64,000 nt of DNA from the human T2T-CHM13v2.0 reference genome, Homo sapiens. The position numbers were made by a program, and so were the translations under genes. The notes under the pieces are model-generated. The model had not been told where the DNA came from and did not search any database. It saw only the letters and a program-made list of their open reading frames with translations. The DNA lies in NCBI GenBank assembly GCA_009914755.4, contig CP068257.2, forward strand, positions 12,480,001 to 12,544,000, written 5' to 3'. Below are positions 26,231-47,235 of this stretch, piece after piece (positions within the stretch are counted from its first letter, which is position 1; every line of letters starts with the position of its first letter).

Positions 26231-27929
26231 CTGAGATTTGAGAAATAGAACATTAGAAATTGGATTTCCATCAAATAACAAAAATGTCAAATCACTAAAG
26301 TAACTAAAAGATCAGTGCATATAATCATCATAATGATCATCATGGATTTTGATAACTTAAAAAGCATTTTTTCAAATAATGTAGCATTCCATTTATTTTA
26401 ATTACAATAACAACTCTTAAATTCAGGATTCACAAATAAATCTGCTCCCTGAAAATCTTATCAGAGCTTAGCATACTCCATCCGTATGGCTATAGTCCAT
26501 TTGTAGAAGTTTTACTGTTATAAATTCAGGATTTTACCTGTAATTCCTTCTAATAAATTCAGCAGAGTAAATTGACTACATAAAACTTAAACATACAATA
26601 TAGCTCCATGAGTATAGCTCCCTAATTCTCCAATACGTATAATACATACAGATATGGCATGCATGTGTATACATTATATATATTATATATATGTAGTATA
26701 GGTATACTTTACATGTACTGTATGTTGTGCATATAATATACATATTTCAGATACATATGTGTACATATAAAATATTTATTATATATAATATGTTGATATA
26801 TTGATAAAAATTACTTATAAAATAAAGTTTATGTTAATATATATTTCATATGCCTCATGTATTTCTTTGTTCCCACATTGCTACCTCCAAATTTGAGATT
26901 TGAATATGGTAGAAAGAATAGTAAATTAAGAATCCAGAGGTTTTACTCAAGTTCTAACTTATGCCTTTATGTGATTTATATATTCACTCTGGGTTACAAT
27001 TTGTCATTACATGGAAGAAGGATGGGGCCAGAAAAGCAATCCACAACAGGAGGTCTGAAGAAAACTAATCCCACATGGTGTCTTATAGACAGAAAAGTCT
27101 ATGAGAAAAATCAAATTGGCAATGCCTGAACAGTGCATACCCCTCCTAGGGTGTTCTCAGTGTGTGCTGATCCTGCTTCAGCAGTTGGTTTAATTTAGCC
27201 TTTGTAATCACTACCTATTCCTCGAACCCCTTTGGCTTTGGAAACATCTCTGGGGAATTCTGCCATGATACTGACCAGATGTTTACATGCTCATGGCATG
27301 CTTGGATCTGGTGCTCTTTTTGAAAAACCCTGAGCAAACAGCCTCTGAAATTCTTTCCAGTTCCAATATTATATTTTTATGTGGATTTTTTTCTCTATAA
27401 TTCCCTATTGGCAGGTTTTAGTTATCAGAAGTAGCAATACTTAACTGCTCTTAGCAGGTTTATCCATTTAGAAGGTATGAACCATGTTTCATGTCTACTT
27501 GGTGATAGCAAATGAGAAGCTAACCATGGCTCACACCTCTTCACTTGTTCCTAAAATCTCAAAAAAACAAAAAAACCTCAGTGTTGCCAAGACTGTGCAA
27601 GTTTCTTTCTTTAAGTGAAAATATAGTTGGATGATAGTTAGATATTTTTGTACATCAGGAACAAGAATCATTATAAAGCCATCTAATCTGCCCACTACAC
27701 TGAACATAAAAAGGCAGTTGATCATGTTCTTCTCTTTAAATATATTAAAAATGTTTAGTAGGGAATGAAATATTTACTCTGTACCACATCTCTACAGATG
27801 ATTTTTCCATAAAATGGTCATGTATTAACAAGTAAACAGAGTGCACAGTTTAGCTTCCAGCAGAAAATACTAACAATTATGTTATTCATATTAAATAAGA
27901 ATGATAGTAACTATAATAATCTCTCTTAC

Positions 27930-28097
27930 CCAGCCGAGGACATGATTTTTCCTTAAAACAGTCACAGTCCACACATAAGCTAGTCTTGTAATCTTTGTAT
28001 GAACGACAAGGAAATGAAATAAAATTGCAGTTTGTTTCTAAAGATGCCATGAACAAGTGAACTGCTCTCTGGTGGTTGCATTTAATGAATTGAATTC
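27930..28097 (-). CDS. LIPI: Lipase coding exon, presumed exon 6; encodes (G)IQFIKCNHQRAVHLFMASLETNCNFISFPCRSYKDYKTSLCVDCDCFKEKSCPRL(G) and contains the catalytic His (CNHQR)
   Basis: Acceptor ttttttttttaacccttaag|GAATTCAATTC and donor GGCTGG|gtaagagag. In pancreatic lipase the triad His sits in the homologous C-N-H-x-R motif. Confidence 0.85.
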
Positions 28098-29068
28098 CTT
28101 AAGGGTTAAAAAAAAAACAAAGAACTGTAGATGTATTAAGCCATGTTCAAGTACATTTAAAAACAAAGTAAAGATGAAGTTTTGCTAAATACTATGTACC
28201 TTATGAATATTACTGACTATAATACACAGTTTTATGTCAAACCACTAAACAAATAGTACCAATGAAAACTTAAATTTAGTATGTCTTTTGCATGAGATTT
28301 ATAATGAATTTTTAAAGTAATAATTAACACAGCAAAAATGTTTCATTTCAGTGTTTCACAAGCTCTACACAGTGCTACTATACTTAATAACTAGTGTACA
28401 CATCTTTTCCTTCTAATACTGCACTCCTAACATTTCCACCTAATGACAAAGATGACCATGAAACCAGCTGACCTTAAAACTTTATTACCTTCCTTTTCTT
28501 TTCCAACCTTGCACATCCTCCTCCTTTTCACCAAACTTCTTTAGCTACAGTGCCCTTTGGTCACGTGTTATTTGACCAGTTGCCGTTGTGGACCTAAGAA
28601 CATTTCTTGCAATGGCTCTGATGTGAGCCAAATTCCACACCTGGGGAAGTTGCTCAGCTATCTTTATGTACAGAACAATCAAGTGTCAAGAGTTTTTACA
28701 ATTGTCTTTGTACAGTAATATGGTGATGGTTAAGATTAAATCCTGAGATCAAAGTTGTATTATATGATACTTGAGCTACATGTGCTTCCTCAATGACTTA
28801 CGACTTCTCCTAATGTTTAAAATGATGGAATAAAATTATTAAAAATATAATATAAGAGGTCTCATCCATGACCTAATGGATGTCTACTGGTAACCTTTAT
28901 GAACTAAGCATGGTCAAATTAAACCATTGTTAACCAATGACTCTCCTGAGTCATGGGCAATGATGATGAAATCAAAACACTGCCTACAGATTAAGAGGGG
29001 AAAAGTAAGTTATTTTCTTTCATCATTTCGAATATTATGTAGTTCATTCAAAAATACTGTCAGTATAC

Positions 29069-29158
29069 CTGAGAAAATTGATTTAGGACAGCCAGGTTGT
29101 TTATTTCCTCCATTTGGATAAAAATCTATATGTCCCAAGGGCTCTTGAATGCCTAAAC
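29069..29158 (-). CDS. LIPI: Lipase coding exon, presumed exon 5; encodes (G)[29 protein letters not shown](G)
   Basis: Acceptor cctttcttctcag|GTTTAGGC and donor TCTCAG|gtatactg. The conserved lipase motif FYPNGG is present. Partly covered by ORF 28927-29121 (+), which is the wrong strand. Confidence 0.85.
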
Positions 29159-30463
29159 CTGAGAAGAAAGGCACCCAAGAATCACAACATGTATATAATC
29201 AGGTGAGTATCTTGCATAAAACAAAATAGCCTATAAAATCCATTGAAAGTTACTCTTTAAATATTAGAATTGAAAATAAGTGCTGTTTTTATAAAGATAA
29301 GTTTTTCTTCTATAATTCCTTCATGAAAAGTATATTTCATTAATTTAATATATTTGCCAGTCAGCAGTTTACTATCGGTCAGTCACAGTTTTTTGTGGTA
29401 TGACCGCATAAGTGAAAAAAGAAATAGAGAGGGCAGCCAAGATGGCCGAATAGGAAGAGCTCCAGTCTTCAGCTCCCAGTGTGAGTGGTGCAGAAGGCAG
29501 GTGCAGAAGGCAGCATTTCCATCTGAGGTACCGGGTTCATCTCACTAGGGAGTGCCAGACAGTGGGTGGAGGAAAGTGGGTGCAGCGCACCATGTGCAAG
29601 CCGAAGCAGGGTGAGGCATTACCTTACTCGGGAAGCACAAGGGATCAGGGAGTTCCCTTTCCTAGTCAAAGAAAGGGTGACAGATGGCACCTGGAAAATC
29701 GGGTCACTCCCACCCTAATACTGCGCTTCTGCGATGGGCTTAAAAAACGGCCCACCAGGAGATTATATCCCACACATGGCTCGGAGGGTCCTACGCCCAC
29801 GGAGTCTCACTGATGGCTAGCACAGCAGTCTGAGATCAAACTGCAAGGCGGCAGCAAGGCTGGGGGAGGGGTGCCTGCCATTGCCCAGGCTTGCTTAGGT
29901 AAACAAAGCAGCTGGGAAGCTTGAACTGGGTGGAGCCCACCACAGCTCAAGGAGGCCTGCCTGCCTCTGTAGGCTCCACCTCTAGGGGCAGGGCACAGAA
30001 AAACAAAAAGACAGCAGTAACCTCTGCAGACTTAAATGTCTCTGTCTGACAGCTTTGAAGAGAGCTGTGGTTCTCCCAGCACGGAGCTGGAGATCTGAGA
30101 ACGGGCAGACTGTCTCCTCAAGTGGGTCCCTGACCCCCGACCTCCAAGCAGCCTAACTGGGAGGCACCCCCCAGTAGGGGCAGACAGACACCTCACACAG
30201 CCAGGTACTCCTCTGAGACAAAACTTCCAGAGGAATGATCAGACAGCAGCATTCGCAGTTCACGAAAATCCACTGTTCTGCAGCCACCACGGCTGATACC
30301 CAGGCAAACAGAGTCTGGAGTGGACCTCTAGCAAACTCCAACAGACCTGCAGCTGAGGGTCCTGTCTGTTAGAAGGAAAACTAACAAACAGAAAGGACAT
30401 CCACACCAAAAACCCATCTGTACATCACCATCATCAAAGACCAAAAGTAGATGAAACCACAAA

Positions 30464-31481
30464 AATGGGGAAAAAACAGAGCAGAAAAACTGGAAACTCT
30501 AAAAAGCAGAGTGCCTCTCCTCCTCCAAAGGAATGCAGTTCCTCACCAACAATGGAACAAAGCTGGCCGGAGAATGACTTTGACAAGCTGAGAGAAGAAG
30601 GCTTCAGATGATCAAATTACTCCGAACTACGGGAGGACATTCAAACCAAACGCAAAGAAGTTGAAAACTTTGAAAAAAATTTAGAAGAATGTATAACTAG
30701 AATAAGCAATACAGGGAAGTGCTTAAAGGAGCTAATGGAGCTGAAAGCCAAGGCTCGAGAACTATGTGAAGAATGCAGAAGACTCAGGGGCCGATGCGAT
30801 CAACTGGAAGAAAGGGTATCAGTGATGGAAGATGAAATGAATGAATGAAGCAAGAAGGGAAGTTTAGAGAAAAAAGAATAAAAAGAAATGAACAAAGCCT
30901 CCAAGAAATATGGGACTATGTGAAAAGACCAAATCTACATCTGATTGGTGTACCTGAAAGTGACAGGGAGAATGGAACCAAGTTGGAAAACACTCTGCAA
31001 GATATTATCCAGGAGGACTTCCCCAATTGAGCGAGGCAGGCCAACATTCAGATTCAGGAAATACAGAGAACTCCACAAAGATACTCCTCGAGAAGAGCAA
31101 CTCCAAGACACACAATTGTCAGATTCACCAAAGTTGAAATGAAGGAAAAAATGTTAAGGGCAGCCAGAGAGAAAGGTCGGGTTACCCACAAAGGGAAGCC
31201 CATCAGACTAACAGCGGATCTTTCGGCAGAAACTCTACAAGCCAGGAGAGAGTGGGGGCCGATATTCAACATTCTGAAAGAAAAGAATTGTCAACCCAGA
31301 ATTTCATATCCAGCCAAACTAAGCTTCATAAGTGAAGGAGAAATAAAATACTTTACAGACAAGCAAATGCTGAGAGATTTTTGTCACCACCAGGCCTGCC
31401 CTAAAAGAGCTCCTGAAGGAAGCACTAAACATGGAAAGGAAAAACCGGTACCAGCCACTGCAAAATCATGCCAAATTGTAA
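30464..31481 (+). pseudogene. L1 ORF1 with premature stops and a frameshift
   Basis: ATG at 30464 (MGKKQSRKTGNSKKQSASPPPKECSSSPTMEQSWPENDFDKLREEGFR*). There are in-frame stops at about 30607 (tga) and about 30845 (EDEMNE*), a stop after …DFPN*, and a frameshift in the C-terminal part (…DFCHHQACPKRAP…). Confidence 0.8.
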
Positions 31482-31529
31482 AGACCATTGAGGCTAGGAA
31501 GAAACTGCATCAACTAACAAGCAAAATAA

Positions 31530-35367
<3,838 letters not shown>

Positions 35368-37249
35368 AACAATGAGAACACATGGACACAAGAAGGGGAA
35401 CATCACACTCTGGGGACTGTTGTGGGGTGGGGGAAGGGGGGAGGGATAGCACTAGGAGATATACCTAATGCTAAATGACGAGTTAATGGGTGCAGCACAC
35501 CAGCATGGCACATGTATACATATGTAACTAACCTGCACATTGTGCACATGTACCCTAAAACTTAAAGTATAATAATAATAAAATAAAATAAAAAGAAAAA
35601 AGAATAGAGCAAAATTCCTTGCAGTCGAAAATACTTTATAGTGGAAGGAAACCATAATAAACAAGTAAATACAGAGTATGTGAAATAATAATAAGTGCTA
35701 TGGAGAACAGTTAAGTAGAACAAGAGGACAGGAAGGGTCTAGTGAGGGTGGTAGTTGCATGTTTAAGTTATTTGGTTTAGGAATTTGCCACTTGAAGAAG
35801 TTGGAGTGGAGCACAAATGTGAAGGATGTGAGGCGGTGACCCCAGTGGATATTTGTGCGAATACGCTCGGCGAAGAAGCCAGCGTGGCTGAAGTCTAATG
35901 TGTAAGAGGGAGCTTCGGAGCAAAGGAAGCCAAGTCCTACAGATCCTTTTCGATCAGTGTGATGATTTGCTTTCACTTTTGGTCATAATTTCTAAGACCT
36001 GCTGGTGCTGGATTCACTAACTGGAAAAAAATCTAACAACTAAGTTGCCTTGGCTGGAGCAGTTTGAGTCAGAGTGACATGAAACACATAGCTTTGATTC
36101 AAGGGTTTATGTAGCCCTGTAGATCATTGGACCACTGGTGAATGTACAGATTCTGAGCCCATTACCGGCATATAACTCAGAGAAGCCTTAACAGTGAAAA
36201 GGGCTAGCAAGCTCAGAATACTCAGGACTGTGATTTGATACAAAATTGTGTTGCTAAATAAGATAACAATGCTTTAATCTGGGGCACAAAAGATTTCCTA
36301 CAACACAGTGAACTCATGAAAGACATCAGTAATAGATTTAGCATAAAACAAAGATAAATAGATGGTTCTGACAGTAAGGGTTTAGATGCTGCAACCTGAC
36401 TTAGTTCTAGGATGTAACAGAACCTCTAATGAGTTGTTAGTAGCACATGAGAACACTGGGCATGTACACTGAGGCTGGAGGGAGGGGAGAAGAGCACTAT
36501 TTAATGGGTAAGGAAAGACAAAGGACAATGTAGATGACTTCATGACAGGTCCCTAGAATTCAGGAAAGCTTGATTGGGACAATGGTGACTTGATTGGGAC
36601 AATGGTGAGGGTATGCTAGCCAGTCTGTCTTAAAATCCCATCATCTTCTTAGCCTGTGAAATTCACGCAAGGAAGGGCATGCTTCCTAAATAAGACCAAA
36701 AAGTTTTTAAAACAAGAAAAAAATTTAACAGGGTCAGAGATTTGTGAAATTTCCTCATATATGAACTCGACATGGAGTTCCAAGACTAGGGGTTTCCAGT
36801 TTGGAACTGTCATTTTCTCCAACCTGCCACTGAAGGAGACTCAAACCAACAGGACTGCTTAGGAATCAGGAGGGATAAAAGAAATTTGTCATTAACTTTG
36901 AAGCAGCCCTTGATTCAGGCATGTCATTTCCCTTTTATCAGATTGGGTGGGGGGCAGCTTGGTCTGCTTAGATCATTCATTCTCTTGGTTTCAAGAAGGG
37001 TGGGGAGAGCAGCTATGACTTTTTAATTTTCCTTTTATTGTAAAATATAAGACACATGCAGAAAAAGAACATTAAACATAAATCTATAGGCTAATTAATT
37101 ATTATAAAGCAAACAGCCATGGGGCTACCACACTAATGTAAAGAAATAGCACCTGGGAGCTCCCAGTGTGCCCTTACCCAGCCACAAGTGTCTCTCTGTC
37201 CCCTAATCGCTAACCCATCATTTTTTTTTAAATAAAATCATCTGTTGTT

Positions 37250-39475
<2,226 letters not shown>

Positions 39476-41500
39476 TTATATTTATTTATTTATTCTTTTA
39501 TTATTATTATTATACTTTAAGTTCTATGGTACATGTGCACTACGTGCAGGTTTGTTACATATGTATACATGTGCCATGTTAGTGTGCTGCACCCGTTAAC
39601 GCCTCATTTACATTAGGTATATCGAAATGTTTGAGAATATTTTTAAGGCTCAGTATATGCTTAACTTAGCTAAAATATCCATTTGTGTTTCAGAAGACTG
39701 TAAATTCTGCAGTTCTCAGGTGTAATGTTCTATAAATGTCTATTAGATCAATTGTGTTAATTAAAATTATTCACTATGATTGTGTAGTTGCCTTTTTTTG
39801 CAATGTGTTATTGTTAATACTGCATTATGTATTTGAAGCTGTGTTATTAGGTACATACAAACTACAATTGTTATATCTTCTTTGTGAGTTCAAAGTTTTA
39901 TTATTTTAAAGTTTGTCCATATTTTTATTAGTTTATATAAAATCAATTTTGTCTAATATAGATTTACCACCATTTGGAGGATAATATTTGCATATTTTTT
40001 ATCACCCTTCTACTTTCAAATATTTTGCTTCCTTGCTTTTATATATGTCTTTAATAAATAAGAGTTGGATTTTTTCTTTTTAATCAAGTTTGACAGCCAT
40101 AATATTTTAATTAGAGCATAAGTCCATTTATCTTAATTGTATAGTTGTGTTTGATTTTACTATCTTATTATCTACCTTCTATTTGCTTTAGCTGTTGTAT
40201 GCATTCTTTCTCTCTTTTCTTGCCTTCTTTTAGACTTCATAAAAAGTATATTCAATTTTTGTCCTTCATTTTCTTGCTTCTTTTCTTGCTAGATACCCTA
40301 AAGATTCAACATGAATACTATACTTATGAATATCAATTACTGAAGGTCATTTTCACCTTCTTTCTATACAATGAAAGGAACACAGAAAGCTGGAAATTCA
40401 TTTATCACCCAAAATCATATGCTATTTTTAGCTTATTTTAATTTTCTATATTTCAAGTCCATAAAACATTATTAATAGTATTTTATGCCATCAACATATG
40501 CTTAGATTTAACTAGTTCATTGTTCTTCCTTCCAAAATAGCCACAATCTAAGAATAATTTTCCTTCCACCTGAAGAATACATTTCTGCTCATGAATGTCT
40601 GAAGGGTAACCTTTCTGCTCATGACAGTTTCTCTCCAGTTTAAATTTGTCTGAAATAAAATACATTTATTCTTGAAACAGATTGAGATACTATCTTAGCA
40701 GTTGTTTCCTTTCACCATATGGAAGCAATCATTCTGTTGTTTCCTATATTCCATTGTTTCTGTTGAGAACTCAATTGTAACTCTGGTCAATTTTATTCAC
40801 CTTATTTAAATAAACTTGTATGGTTTGATGATGGCCTTTTCTGCAATTCACTATCATACATCTCAATGGAGATTAATCTTTATTATTTTTCTTATTGAAT
40901 GGAATTAATTGGGCATTTTGAACTTGTAGACTGATTATATTACTCAGTTTGGGAAAATTATGAGATAATATCTCTTTAAATATAGTCTTTGTTCCATTTT
41001 TCTGCCTTTTTATTCCAGAATTCTAACACAATGTAATTTACCATGTCATTGCCTATCCTATGCATCTCTTAACTGTTGGTCTATATTGTCTATTCTTTGG
41101 TACCCATTTGCTTCAGTCTAGAAATTTACTTTTCACCTACTTTTTAGTTCACTCGCTCACTCTCTCTTTACCTATTTCTAATTTTCTGTTAAACCCATTC
41201 AATGGATGTCAATTATTTTACTTTTTAGGGTAAGAACTTTCATTATTTTTGTCAAATATAATTGATAAATTTATACTTACTAATTTTTTGTTAAATTTTT
41301 CAGTCTTCTACCTTTTTGAAAATATTAATAGCAAAAACCACAATTACTTTTGCACCAACTTAATAATAAGCACATTTTTTATAGCCAGTGTATAATAATT
41401 CCAATATCTGGAGGCCTATGGGTGTTGTCTATTGACTGTTGTTTCTGCTGTTTCTCATTCACGCTGTCTTGCTCCAAGTGTGCCTGGCTATCTTGGATGC
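39476..41500 (-). mobile_element. L1 (L1PB/L1PA-like), minus strand, internally deleted: ORF2 endonuclease region joined directly to the terminal 120 bp of the 3' UTR and the tail
   Basis: The reverse complement of 39514-39620 is the L1 3' terminus (cctaatgtaaatgaggcgttaacgggtgcagcacactaacatggcacatgtatacatatgtaacaaacctgcacgtagtgcacatgtaccatagaacttaaagtataat) followed by (ttatt)n. Immediately upstream, the reverse-complement translation is EN-domain-like (…TIIVGDFNTPL…IDIYRT.HP…). The 5' limit is uncertain. Confidence 0.5.
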
Positions 41501-42285
41501 TAAACATTTATTTTAATATGTTTTTGTAAAAATAATTTGAGATTGAATTATGTGAATTTCCTACAAAGAAGGCTATTGTTTGCTTCTGTCAGATAACTAG
41601 GAGTTCTAACAATTCAGAATCTACTTAAACAAAAAACTCAGTAAACGTGATTTTGGCAGAGGCAACTCAGATAACGAGAAGCTTTCTGCAGACCATAAGA
41701 AGGCTGATTTGTTCAGCTTTACCCATGCTTCTATAATGTCCTTTGGAGTTCCAGACAAGAATAACAGATGAGATGTTTTGCAAACCCAATATGAGGGTTT
41801 CAAAAGCATCTATCTTTTGGATATTGGACTCATAATTTTCCCCAATATCTCAGCAAAAATGTATGCCCTAATTATCTAATCCACAAATTTGAAAGGCCAC
41901 ATGGCTTTCTGAACACTCACAACTGAATAAAAATGAGGATTACTGGCAAGTAGAAGATGTGGTCATTATCTAGTATTCAAGGAAAAGGCAGTTCACCAGG
42001 TATGTGCTGAGTCCACGCATATCATTCAGAAATTTCTCGGACAGGTACATATGCAGCATCAAAAAATCTGTGTTTCTTATTTGTGATAGTCATGAAAAGA
42101 TCAATCCAATGTTCCAACTATGTGGCCTCTAGTGGCAGATTAGATCTGATAGGTTGCATCATCAAAAGATGTTGCAAATATAAGACAATCCAAGACAGTT
42201 CATTAGGATAAGTCAAAAATGCAAACAAAAATAATAAAAAGTATGAAGAGCTAAGTCAAAAGGCCATAGGCAGAATTGAAGTTAG

Positions 42286-43256
42286 TGTTGCAGGAAGTCA
42301 GGGACCCCAAATAGAGGGACCGGCTGGAGCCGCAGCAGAGGAACATAAATTGTGAAGATTTCCTGGACATTTATCAGTTCCCAAATAATACTTTTATAAC
42401 TTCTTATGCCTGTCTTTACTTTAATCCCTTAATCCTGTTATCTTCATAAGCTGAGGATATATGTCACCTCAGGACCACTGTGATAATTGTGTTAACCATA
42501 CACATTGATTGTAAAACATATGCGTTTGAACAATATGAAATCAGTGCACCTTGAAAAAGAACAGAATAACAGCGGCTTTTAGGGAACAAGGGAAGACAAC
42601 CATAAGGTCTGACTGCCTGTGGGGTCGGGCAAAAAGAGCCATATTTTTCTTCTTGCAGAGAGCGTATAAACGGACGTGCAAGCAGGAAAGATATCGCTAA
42701 ATTCTTTTCCTAGCGAGGAATATTAATATTAATACCCTGGGAAATGAATGCATTCCTGGGAGGAGATCTATAAATGGCCGCTCTGGGAATGTCTGTCTTA
42801 TGTGGTTGAGATAAAGACTGAGATATGCCCTGGTCTCCTGCAGTACCCTCAGGCTTCCTAGGGTGGGGAAAAGCTCCGCCCTGGTAACTTGTGGTTGGAC
42901 CAGTTCTCTGCTCTTGAACCCTGTTTTTTGTTGTTTAAGATGTTTATCAAGACAATACATGCACTGCTGAACATAGAACCTTATCAATATTTCTGCTTTT
43001 TGCCCTTTGAAGCATGTGATCTTTGTACCTACTCCCTGTTCTTACACCCCCTTCCCTTTTTAAAACCCTTAATAAAAACTTGCTGGTCTGAGACTCAAGC
43101 GGGCATTGTGGTCCTACTGATATGTGATGTCACCCCTGGTGGACCAGCTGTAAAATTCCTCTCTTTGTACTGTCTCTCTTTATTTCTCAGCTGGCCGACA
43201 CTTATGGAAAATAGAAAGAACCTACATTGAAATATCGGGGGTGGGTTCCCCCAATA
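42286..43256 (+). mobile_element. Solo LTR of a class I endogenous retrovirus (LTR12/HERV9-like by recollection), about 970 bp, with 7-9-bp target-site duplications
   Basis: It starts tgttgcaggaagtcagggaccccaaatagagggaccggctggagccgcagcagaggaacataaattgtgaagatttcctggacatttatcag… and ends …aataaaaacttgctggtctgagactcaagcgggcattgtggtcctactgatatgtgatgtcacccctggtggaccagctgtaaaattcctctctttgtactgtctctctttatttctcagctggccgacacttatggaaaatag…gggttccccca. The flanks are aagttagtg (42279-42287) and aagttagag (43257-43265). Confidence 0.6.
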
Positions 43257-44464
43257 AGTTAGAGTTTCAGAAAAAATTCAGACAAGGGACTACACATTAA
43301 TTGGCCAATAGATGTGTTTTATGTGGATGTGCCAAGCTGATATAAAGAGTTAGAGATAATAAGACATGAGAGGTTTGGATAACACTAAACTATGACTTCT
43401 TTGGTTTTGACTGCTTATAGAAGTAGGTGAACCTAGATTCCAAAAAGGAGCAGAATTGTTACCAGTGGAGTCTCAGTCTATTGACATGTAGTCATGGTGG
43501 TTGAAAAATTGCATCTATGGCATTTACGTATCTCACACACAGACACATAAACCCAAGTATAGATCACCACAAGATAAATTCAGAGGAGCAATCTTAGTGT
43601 CACTGCCCTTGTCTCTATCTTACCACCATATCCTCTCCTGATTCGGTTTATAAGAATAATATACTGGTTAAGTGCATCATCTGGAATCAAAACATATGAT
43701 TTCAAATTCTGACTCTGCCATTTACTGACCTTACAACCTTTATTCTAGTTTCCTCAACTGTAAAGGGAATGACAGTTGTTATCTATCTAACGGAAATTTA
43801 GTAGAATTCACTAATTAATTCATACAAGCACTCAAAACACTGCCTAATGTATAGGAAGTGCTCAGTAAATATTAGTATCAACAAATTCAAATCAGGAAAG
43901 GCACGAGGACAGTCTGTTTCTTAAAAGTGTCTGTTCAATTGTACTCTGGCCAAAAATCCAATACCCTGTTAGAGATTTTCAGCTAAGATAATTAAAAACA
44001 ATAGAAAGATTATTTCCTTACATTTAAGGAAGACTATTCTTTATTTGTGGCTGAAATGCTGTGTTCAGTTCTAGTCGATATATATCATAGCAAGAAAATA
44101 AGCGGGGAGAATGGTAACCTAAATACATCAGGAACATTAAACATGGGGGAAAATGTGATCAAATCAATAAAATTGTCAACAGCATGAACAGAATGAACTC
44201 TTAGTTATCTATTTCAGTGTTTTAGGATGACATGACACATCTTGAAACCCGAAGGAGGCAAACTGAAGTCAAAGAGTGCCATTTGACAATGCAGGAAATC
44301 ACTAACCCTAAGAAATATTGCTTGGGAAATATTATCATTCTATAATTACAGATTTAAAATCATTTTATCCATGATGTTTTTTCTTCTTATGCCCTCCTCT
44401 TGCCCAAGGTCTACATTTTCCTTTTCATTTTCAAATAATTAGGTAATAAATCCTGATTTGTTAC

Positions 44465-44566
44465 CATTGGAGTCAGAATGGATGACATCCACAAACTTTG
44501 CATCCGTGTAATCTAATCTGCTATATGGTGGTTTTCTGGAGAACCTTGGCCCAGCAGGGTCAAGAC
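44465..44566 (-). CDS. LIPI: Lipase coding exon, presumed exon 4; encodes (G)[33 protein letters not shown](G) and contains the catalytic Asp (GLDPAGP)
   Basis: Acceptor tttctttcttgctttccag|GTCTTGACC and donor CCAATG|gtaacaaatc. GLDPAGP corresponds to the ITGLDPAEP region of pancreatic lipase, where the triad Asp is the D of GLDPA. Confidence 0.9.
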
Positions 44567-45208
44567 CTGGAAAGCAAGAAAGAAATAATCAGTCTCATCA
44601 AGTCCACAGAGCTCCTTACATTGCATACTTCCATTATTACTGCATTATAAACATAAAAAGCATTTATACTTTTAGTTTAAACCTATCCAAGAACATATCT
44701 AAAAACAAATGGAAGTGAATGAATAGCAGGTAACTTCAGTATTTGAATAATACTACTAACCTTCAGAGCTTTTCAGGTTAAGCCGCAACAAAATATTGTC
44801 GGAATTTTTGGAGTATTTTTCTGTGAGACTGAATTAGGAGTAATAAAGTAGTTTATATTTAATAATAACTACAACTATTTCTCCTGAAGGAAAAAAATAA
44901 TGAATACCATCTGGTCCTCTCTTGAACTCTGTACATTACTAGCTCACTTTGGATTTATCTGTAGATAGACCTGAAAAGCTTTTTTAGGTGCCAAATATAA
45001 TTTGGGCTATGGGATAAATCATGTTATCTTATCCATTTCTCGTAAGACTTTCTCACACACTCTTAAGAAAAGAAAAAATATATTTTAAATTCCATGGAGT
45101 GTGAATATTATTTCTGGGTTATCTTAATTTCTAAATAAAAATGCTAGGCTCATGACTTTCTGGGAATTGTCAAAAAGAGGAGAGAGAAGATAAAATTCAG
45201 TTTTTTGA

Positions 45209-47235
<2,027 letters not shown>

